From IMG/VR virus record IMGVR_UViG_3300033074_001347, positions 1 through 64,000 of that record: a stretch of 64,000 bases of DNA; one strand, 5' to 3'. Every line of letters starts with the position of its first letter. Position 1 is the first letter of the stretch. Of the stretch, positions 57,628-64,000 are shown in pieces. The notes below the pieces were generated by a model. The model had not been told where the DNA came from. It was given only the letters and a program-made list of their open reading frames with translations, and searched no databases. This DNA comes from a virus (taxonomy: Duplodnaviria; Caudoviricetes). A program made the position numbers and the translations under genes.

Positions 57628-59180
57628 TATACACCTTGAATAGTTCCTCTATTACTCCAATGAGTAGTAATAGATAAAGTTCCCAATGCCGCGTAAGCCA
57701 AACTTCCTATAGACGTATCAGTGGTTGGAGCATTTATTTGAACATAATCTATAGAATCAGACGAGCTTATTATAGCATTATGTAAATCACTTAAATAAAC
57801 AGGATACCCTATTAAACCCAGCCTAGGGCTAAAGAACTTACTAACAGCTAATTCTACTCCCCTTTCAACCGCCGCCAAATCACTTTGAGGTTTACACCAT
57901 ATATTTAAAGTAACATTTATTGTGGTAGGGGTAGGATCTACCTTAACATAATTGAGCGCCAGTACGCCATACCTAGAATCTAGCCATGCTGTAAATGCTG
58001 ACCAGTCTGTATCACTCCATTCTTGTGATGTTAAAAGTGTTATCTCTACCCTATTTAGGGCATAAGTCTGATCGGCATCAATATCCTTTTGACCCCTAAC
58101 TACTGCATCAAGTACCGTAGGATATTTTAGTATGGTGGCTTTATAATCCTGTTTTGTTACTGCTCTATCAGCTGAGCTATACAATGAAGGACTTAATATC
58201 CTATAGAACTCAACATCCCTTTCATTGTCACCATATCTAGACCCAACAGTAACAGTGCCTGTAAGTTCTGGAAAGGCTGTGCAAATTATATTATCATCTT
58301 GGCTTGCAAATGGGCCTGAATTACCAGTTGTAACGGCCCATGTAACATTTATGATTGAGTTTATTGAAGGTCTAACACCGTTAATGTTATTACCAAATAC
58401 AAGTTCTACATCCCCTGTAGGCAGGGTGTTTTCATAGAAAACCGTAGAGGTAGGACCATATTCCCACAGTCCCTTTGTAACTTTAGTAAATGATTCGCCT
58501 CCTATAGTAACCCATATATCGTCGTCACTAGTAGACCAATCCTGTGGGCCAATAGAATATTTTTGGAAGTCATCACCTGTACTGTTAAAAGTGGTACTTT
58601 GTAGTGAACCCTGATAAAGATTAACATTTATCGTAGATACGTTGTTTGAAAATGCATAAGCGGTTCTGTTAAAATGGGGAATGCCATTAACAGAAAACTG
58701 TGTTAACGCAGGTATTATTAGACTTCCTGTAGTATCAGACCTTGTTAATGTGGCTTCTATTATAGGAGGCCTTTTCCTTATAAGGTGCACTCCTTCTGTA
58801 CGCGCCAATGTATATATAGAAGTTTCATTTGTGGCGCTATCAAAGAAAGCCTCTTGTACACCTCTTTCTATACCAAACTGCGCAAAGGCTCCCATAGCTG
58901 CAATAAATTCTAATATGGTTTGGCCAATACCTGCGGTTAAAATGTCTGACCACCCATCAGCATTACTAAGAGCATCCATAAGTCTTAGTCTTATTTGCTC
59001 AAAGTCAGGCTGAGTTGTTGATAGTGTTAAGGGAGCATCCTCGTTTAAGGATCTCCAACTGTCAAGTATTGCCTCTACCTGTGAATTTGTGGTGGTTATA
59101 CCTAGCGCTGATAATTGTGTTTTTATATATTCAGCAAATTCTGGTATAGCCCCTCCACTAAATTTATACTTATTGCTCAT
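57627..59180 (-). CDS. baseplate wedge subunit (gp6/baseplate J-like)
   Basis: EAFFDSA...LA, VELVFGNN..G..P, RAVTKQDYK. Confidence 0.88.
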   Translation of the reverse strand: MSNKYKFSGGAIPEFAEYIKTQLSALGITTTNSQVEAILDSWRSLNEDAPLTLSTTQPDFEQIRLRLMDALSNADGWSDILTAGIGQTILEFIAAMGAFAQFGIERGVQEAFFDSATNETSIYTLARTEGVHLIRKRPPIIEATLTRSDTTGSLIIPALTQFSVNGIPHFNRTAYAFSNNVSTINVNLYQGSLQSTTFNSTGDDFQKYSIGPQDWSTSDDDIWVTIGGESFTKVTKGLWEYGPTSTVFYENTLPTGDVELVFGNNINGVRPSINSIINVTWAVTTGNSGPFASQDDNIICTAFPELTGTVTVGSRYGDNERDVEFYRILSPSLYSSADRAVTKQDYKATILKYPTVLDAVVRGQKDIDADQTYALNRVEITLLTSQEWSDTDWSAFTAWLDSRYGVLALNYVKVDPTPTTINVTLNIWCKPQSDLAAVERGVELAVSKFFSPRLGLIGYPVYLSDLHNAIISSSDSIDYVQINAPTTDTSIGSLAYAALGTLSITTHWSNRGTIQGV

Positions 59181-59182
59181 TA

Positions 59183-59554
59183 TTATGCCTTCATTTCTAA
59201 TGTAACCGTGTCTGTAATGTTAGTGCCAATAATATTGTATCTTATGTTTACTATAAAAATACCTCTATCGTAATTATAATAAACATTGGTATTTTGCATA
59301 TCTACTGTAAGATATGTGACCCATCGTGTTACATCTCTAAGTACAGACGTTCTAATACTTTGTAAGGTTATATCATCGGCAGGTTCTTGAAGTAGTCTAG
59401 GAATATCAGACCCGAAGTCAGGTTCAAACTGTCTCTCTCCACGTAGGGTAGTTAGTACACTGGCAATATGACCCTTTATAGCATTAGTGTCCGTAGCTAC
59501 CAGCTCTCTGGTACGTAGCGCACCTGAGAATCCAATATCTTTTAAAAATGCCAT
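59183..59554 (-). CDS. baseplate gp25/GpW-like protein
   Basis: VLTTLRGERQFEPDFGSDIPRLLQEP. Confidence 0.9.
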   Translation of the reverse strand: MAFLKDIGFSGALRTRELVATDTNAIKGHIASVLTTLRGERQFEPDFGSDIPRLLQEPADDITLQSIRTSVLRDVTRWVTYLTVDMQNTNVYYNYDRGIFIVNIRYNIIGTNITDTVTLEMKA

Positions 59555-59556
59555 TT

Positions 59557-60282
59557 TTACAACTTCTGATTAGCTACATTAGGTATAGATGGAGTTGCCC
59601 TAGCGGTTCTAGTTGTAGGGGCAGTGGGACTACCTCCACTACCACTATTCAAATTTATATCCCCGCCATTTATATTAACCCCACCACTGCCATGTATATT
59701 TAGTGTAGAACTGCCATTTATATCAATAGCACCACCTGCGTGTAAATTAACATTACCAGAGGCCTTAATGCTAGCATTCCCTGTTACATTTATGTCAGCT
59801 ACACCACTTAATATAGTTAGATTACCCGAATTATTTATTTGTATTGTTGTACCAGATCTATGTATCAGTTTTATTTCACCAGTAGAGAAATCTATTTTCC
59901 ATAAGTTATTATAGCGGTCTATCCATCCATGAACATTGGGATAATTTGCTTTTAACTCATTTGGTATTGTTGAAGGAAACTGTGCGCCTGCTATGTATGC
60001 CAAACTGTATCCCTCGTCATCAAGAAACGAAACCCACACCCAACTTCCCTTTTCAGGAACTTCTACTTTCCCGGTTATACCGTTACCCGTGTAATTTGAA
60101 TATTGAATAGCCCATGGTAAATCCCCATCAGCATATTCTCTATGTAATTCTGGTATGCGTACACGTATTCTACATTGCTTCTGAGGATCATTATTAAAGA
60201 CAACTAATGCGGCAAAAAGCTTGCCGCGAAAGGAGCCATCATTATTTGTAGAATCGTTAACATTTTGTATAGCCATTAACAA
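59557..60282 (-). CDS. baseplate central spike (gp5/gpV-like: OB-fold + beta-helix, no lysozyme)
   Basis: DPQKQCRIRVRIP..LPWA..VPEKGSWVWVSF; Gly/Asn-rich beta repeats. Confidence 0.88.
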   Translation of the reverse strand: MLMAIQNVNDSTNNDGSFRGKLFAALVVFNNDPQKQCRIRVRIPELHREYADGDLPWAIQYSNYTGNGITGKVEVPEKGSWVWVSFLDDEGYSLAYIAGAQFPSTIPNELKANYPNVHGWIDRYNNLWKIDFSTGEIKLIHRSGTTIQINNSGNLTILSGVADINVTGNASIKASGNVNLHAGGAIDINGSSTLNIHGSGGVNINGGDINLNSGSGGSPTAPTTRTARATPSIPNVANQKL

Positions 60283-60316
60283 GCCTCATTCATTCATTAT
60301 TAAATTGAATAGGACT

Positions 60317-60344
60317 AAAAAAGGGGGCATATGCCCCCTTTTTT
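60317..60344 (-). terminator. perfect 28-bp palindrome; probable bidirectional terminator
   Basis: AAAAAAGGGGGCATATGCCCCCTTTTTT. Confidence 0.8.
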
Positions 60345-60355
60345 ACCAATTACCC

Positions 60356-60928
60356 TTAAAACTTAAACATGCTTAGGAATCCACCCCTACCTATTCGCTT
60401 ATTTAGGTCCTTGGTAATACCCTCTAATAATGAGTTATCTTTATTCATGAAGGATAGAAGTTTTCTCATGTCCTTACCATCAAAGGCTATGTTACTAAAA
60501 CCACGTTTTTTGATCTTTTGTCCTATGTTATTGATACTATCAGTTTGTATATCATTAAATAATACGTCACTACCTTCCTTCATTTCCCACTCAGGAATCT
60601 TCAATTCATCCTTACTCACGCTGTTATTTGCACCTAATATCTTATTATTAGACTCTATATATTTTTTGGCCTGGTATCTATTATATTTACCATCCCTAAA
60701 CTCTTCGGGATCTAGGTCTATATAGTAATACATAACTTTCCTAGTATCATTTATTTTGCCTGTATCCTCTACATACGATAGAAATAAAATTATTCTACCT
60801 GATATAGAAGTGTTGCTAATGAAATACGAAACTCTAAAATCCGGTTCGGTTCTGAGAGTTTTAGTTTCTCTGCCAATAATTAACCTACCGCTTTTATCCT
60901 TAGTAGGGTTATCAAAGTTAAATCTCAT
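60356..60928 (-). CDS. hypothetical protein (190 aa)
   Basis: AAGGGA RBS; no motif recognised. Confidence 0.65.
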   Translation of the reverse strand: MRFNFDNPTKDKSGRLIIGRETKTLRTEPDFRVSYFISNTSISGRIILFLSYVEDTGKINDTRKVMYYYIDLDPEEFRDGKYNRYQAKKYIESNNKILGANNSVSKDELKIPEWEMKEGSDVLFNDIQTDSINNIGQKIKKRGFSNIAFDGKDMRKLLSFMNKDNSLLEGITKDLNKRIGRGGFLSMFKF

Positions 60929-60960
60929 GTTATATATCCCTTTAGTTACAACTAAATTGA

Positions 60961-61491
60961 TTATTTATATGGTTTCCATGATCTAAAATCATAAACATAT
61001 CCTATGTCTTTTTCTTTTATTTTAAACTCCTTATTCAGAACTAGTATTTCATGTTCTTTAACCAGATTTTCTAGGGTCATCATAACATTAACTCCTATCA
61101 TATTCCTTATTTGTTGTTCGGTATAGTGGTCTACTATGAATTTTAGGAACTCTTCTATATTTAGAAATATGTCTTTGTCACTTACTTTTCTCTCTAAAAT
61201 AATATGGGTTGTGAACATCATTGCAACTTTTAGATTTGTAGTCCAGCTGCTAAACACATGGTCCTTGAGTTTTACCTTACCGTTAACAATCTTATTAATG
61301 ATGTCGTCCCTACTACCCTTTATAGTAAAGCCTCTATAAACTACACCAGAATATTTTGTAAATTCTGGTGGTATTTTTCCCTTAAATTTCTCTAGAGTTT
61401 TTCTAGCTTTGTTCCTTTGCGTCATAGAGCCCGGACCAATTTTTTCGGTTGACAACACCCAGTCAATAACTGCTTTCACTAAGTTGTCCAT
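60961..61491 (-). CDS. ADP-ribosyltransferase-like protein (R-S-E clade)
   Basis: VVYRG, FSSWTT...A..F, KEHEILV (ExE). Confidence 0.75.
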   Translation of the reverse strand: MDNLVKAVIDWVLSTEKIGPGSMTQRNKARKTLEKFKGKIPPEFTKYSGVVYRGFTIKGSRDDIINKIVNGKVKLKDHVFSSWTTNLKVAMMFTTHIILERKVSDKDIFLNIEEFLKFIVDHYTEQQIRNMIGVNVMMTLENLVKEHEILVLNKEFKIKEKDIGYVYDFRSWKPYK

Positions 61492-62633
61492 CAGCTTAAT
61501 ACCTCCCCTGTTTGTGGCCCTTGACTAACCAACTCAAATTTTTCACCATACCTACCCGCGCGTAGATAGCGCACACGCGCACCAACAATATAACGTCCAC
61601 TAAACCTATCATAATCACCTCTATATTGTGGTAAGTAAATATCCACAGGGTCAAACAATCGTAAGTCTGTTTGTTCATCAACAATAACATGAATATCAGT
61701 TGACCACGTAGATCTTATGCGTTTATTTTGATATTCGGCTAGCTCATATTTACTATGAATATTGCCAGTATTAGGAGCTGTGTAAGGGGTACGAGTAAAG
61801 CCTATCTTTTTTGAGTCCTCACTGTTAATAGTAGTACGGGATACCCTTTTTACACTTAGTTGGTCTTGCTCACTGATTACGCCATCAACACCTATTCTAT
61901 GGTGTTTTACCTGATACCCTGCTGTGTGATTATATAGGGTTGAGCCACTAATAACTTGGTAATCTCTTATTATGTGTCTTTTTACAGTTGAATTATTATC
62001 GGTAGACCCCTCATTAAATCGTGCTTTGGGACTACCAAACGCATACGTAGATAAATTCCTATAATATACCAAGCCTTCCGCATCTACCCCTAGTACCATA
62101 CAGCTCAAGTTGTCGGCCCATCCGTGTAAACTTATTTTGTCGGCCCATTTATTATAGTTTAACCTATTTGGATACCATACTTGACTATCGGCTGTGGGGT
62201 CACACAACGCTTTTAACCCACATTGACTAGCAATATAACTTATGGCTGCACTTGACGTACCTGTAAAAGGTTTTGTAGCCATAGAGTGTAACCAAAGAGG
62301 AGCATTTAAGATAGCATTTATTCGGTATATAATACCTCCATTTGCATACCTGTGTTGTGGCTGACCGAGTATTCGGAACTTTAAGTTTGGTATTTCCTGC
62401 TTTTCTTTATCCTTACCAAACTGAATTTCTATTATTGCTCCATCAACAAGGAGATCTAAATTGGAACTTGTTTCCGATCTATCTTGATATTGTAAGGTCA
62501 GTGTGGGAAGAGCCTGTAAATTATTTTCTATAATCAATAAATCCTGTATAGAGCTAGGCGACAAGTTTAGTTCAACACCGTTGATGACCACCCTTAAATA
62601 ATAAACACCTTGAAGCTCAAGAGCCATATTCAC
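61491..62633 (-). CDS. baseplate hub (gp27/late control D-like)
   Basis: size and position between gp53-like and spike genes; RLFDPVDI...SGRYIVG OB-like C-terminus. Confidence 0.7.
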   Translation of the reverse strand: MNMALELQGVYYLRVVINGVELNLSPSSIQDLLIIENNLQALPTLTLQYQDRSETSSNLDLLVDGAIIEIQFGKDKEKQEIPNLKFRILGQPQHRYANGGIIYRINAILNAPLWLHSMATKPFTGTSSAAISYIASQCGLKALCDPTADSQVWYPNRLNYNKWADKISLHGWADNLSCMVLGVDAEGLVYYRNLSTYAFGSPKARFNEGSTDNNSTVKRHIIRDYQVISGSTLYNHTAGYQVKHHRIGVDGVISEQDQLSVKRVSRTTINSEDSKKIGFTRTPYTAPNTGNIHSKYELAEYQNKRIRSTWSTDIHVIVDEQTDLRLFDPVDIYLPQYRGDYDRFSGRYIVGARVRYLRAGRYGEKFELVSQGPQTGEVLS

Positions 62634-63012
62634 TACTTTTGTTAAAAAATCCTATTGCCTGCCTTTGACCTTTAAAATGTTCATTGGCAAAACTTTGTGG
62701 TTGTATTTGGAAATCTACAGGTAGATCTGTAAATTTTTGTAACCACATAGAAGTGGAAGAGCACACCAAGCTCCATTTAGCATTATGTTGAAAACTACGT
62801 AAGTCTGATTCAGTAAACTCTTTTTTAAATAAGTCATCGCCCATAATCATACGTATATCCACGTCCCTCCAATCAGGTTTTACTAAAGAGGATCCAACTA
62901 AGAAACAACCATAATTATCTGGGTCATTAAACGCACCATATGCCAGGTTTATAATATGGCATGCTTGATTTAATAAGAATACTTTAGGAGCACCTATATA
63001 ATCACACTTCAT
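62617..63012 (-). CDS. minimal nucleotidyltransferase (Pol-beta superfamily)
   Basis: FLVGSS...DWRDVDIR (GS + DxD), later DFQ. Confidence 0.7.
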   Translation of the reverse strand: MKCDYIGAPKVFLLNQACHIINLAYGAFNDPDNYGCFLVGSSLVKPDWRDVDIRMIMGDDLFKKEFTESDLRSFQHNAKWSLVCSSTSMWLQKFTDLPVDFQIQPQSFANEHFKGQRQAIGFFNKSSEYGS

Positions 63013-63439
63013 TAGATATACACCTTAACACTTTTGATATGATGCTAGCTTTTATTACAGCGGTGGGAGAAGGACTAAAAACCAAATAATTTTTAATTCC
63101 TCCTTCATAAATAATCACACTATCATACCCCATGGCTTTTATATCATTTTTTAGTGGTTCTAGTGCTTCCCATGTGTCAGACGCCAATTTATTTAAAATT
63201 TGAGAGGAGCTCCTATATATTTTACCATCGTAAGGGTCCTCAATTTCTATAACGGCCTTAAATAACTTATCTAAGTGTGATCTTTTTAAGCTATCAAATG
63301 GATTGTATAAATGTAGTATATATCTATACAAATTTTTCCCATAATTCTTTGCAAAGTCCTTGCTACTAGAAAAGAAGGTGTCCTCTTTGGGCCTATCAAA
63401 GATTTTATCAGTTCCATGCCACACATTAACAGTTATCAA
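63002..63439 (-). CDS. ADP-ribosyltransferase-like protein (ART-PolyVal-type, His clade)
   Basis: WHGT..F...FFSSSKDFAKNYG..Y...L..YNPFD...GYDSVI; TTG start with AGAGGA RBS. Confidence 0.7.
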   Translation of the reverse strand: MITVNVWHGTDKIFDRPKEDTFFSSSKDFAKNYGKNLYRYILHLYNPFDSLKRSHLDKLFKAVIEIEDPYDGKIYRSSSQILNKLASDTWEALEPLKNDIKAMGYDSVIIYEGGIKNYLVFSPSPTAVIKASIISKVLRCISNEV

Positions 63440-63451
63440 GGTACTAATCCT

Positions 63452-63793
63452 CTATATTGTTGCTATTGTTCCAAATACAGATCTATTTCTACCTAAATAT
63501 GCACTTATTTGGTCACGATTAGGTAATTTTAGTAGTGAGCCTACCTTTATTTCTGACGGATGAATATATCCATTATACATAAGTACAATCCACCAAATTG
63601 TAGTTGTATTATACTCGTTACGACAAATTGTAGTTATAGGTTCTCCCCTATACGTTATCGTACTGTATTTTGTAACGGCTTTTCTCAACCCTATAACAGC
63701 AGGGCTAAGAGGGTCCTGCCACAGCCCGTTAGACCCTACTTTATGGTGTTCTGTTTGTAAATATTTGGGACTATAATTAGTACTGGTTTTCAT
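63452..63793 (-). CDS. baseplate wedge gp53/tail X (LysM-like) protein
   Basis: GEPITTIC..EY....WWIVLMYNG...P..IKVGSLLKLP. Confidence 0.8.
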   Translation of the reverse strand: MKTSTNYSPKYLQTEHHKVGSNGLWQDPLSPAVIGLRKAVTKYSTITYRGEPITTICRNEYNTTTIWWIVLMYNGYIHPSEIKVGSLLKLPNRDQISAYLGRNRSVFGTIATI

Positions 63794-64000
63794 TAAAAGC
63801 CTCTTATTCTAAGTTGGCTTGCAACTGCACTTGCATCTGCCTGCGTTACATTACCTGAGGAAGACTGCCCTAATGTGACATTACGTTGTCTTAATGCTGC
63901 GGCTATAGCTTTCGCATCTGCATCAGTTATTTGTGATGCATCTCCAATTGTACCTCCAATATTACCTAGAGGTGGACCGCTCAGCATATTTATTATTTGT
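63793..64000 (-). CDS. C-terminal part of a probably truncated ORF
   Basis: frame stays open to the window edge; internal duplication TDADAKAIAAALR / TQADASAVASQLR. Confidence 0.5.
   Translation of the reverse strand, partial: QIINMLSGPPLGNIGGTIGDASQITDADAKAIAAALRQRNVTLGQSSSGNVTQADASAVASQLRIRGF

Noticed and set aside
60962-60969. T4-type late promoter TATAAATA upstream of 60356..60928
   Set aside because: Single occurrence formed by the last codons of the ART gene; not repeated before other structural genes
1-64000. Stop-codon reassignment (alternative genetic code)
   Set aside because: Conserved genes are full length in code 11 and TAA, TAG and TGA all end genes

Overview
This is a 64-kb segment of a large, AT-rich, contractile-tailed (jumbo-type) bacteriophage genome read in standard genetic code. 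It has three strand blocks. (1) Minus strand, 1-15.3 kb: type II topoisomerase B/A, an acidic AT-hook protein, RecA/UvsX, probable SSB, a divergent sigma-70-like factor, a lethal-factor-like zinc peptidase, a SWIM protein, a TGT/DpdA-family transglycosylase with FolE, a Cas4-like nuclease and a dNMP kinase. A ~1-kb hairpin-rich divergent intergenic region follows. (2) Plus strand, 16.3-35.35 kb: DnaX-like clamp loader, SbcC, class Ia RNR (nrdA...nrdB) interrupted by class III nrdD (with a mini-intein) and nrdG, dCTP deaminase, a histone H1-like-tailed protein, QueE, SLOG, UvsE, SbcD, dUTPase and primase. (3) Minus strand, 35.4-64 kb: a GC-rich two-gene cassette, a lysis module (YkuD-fold enzyme, two spanins, holin candidate), PAAR, four large tail fibre/tailspike paralogues, and baseplate genes interleaved with two ADP-ribosyltransferase-like ORFs and a nucleotidyltransferase. 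All calls come from motif recognition by eye; no database searches were run. The strongest leads are the apparently Pro1-initiated intein between the two active-site Cys of NrdD, the 7-deazaguanine modification genes, the ART/NTase genes inside the baseplate operon, and the L,D-transpeptidase-fold protein in the endolysin position.
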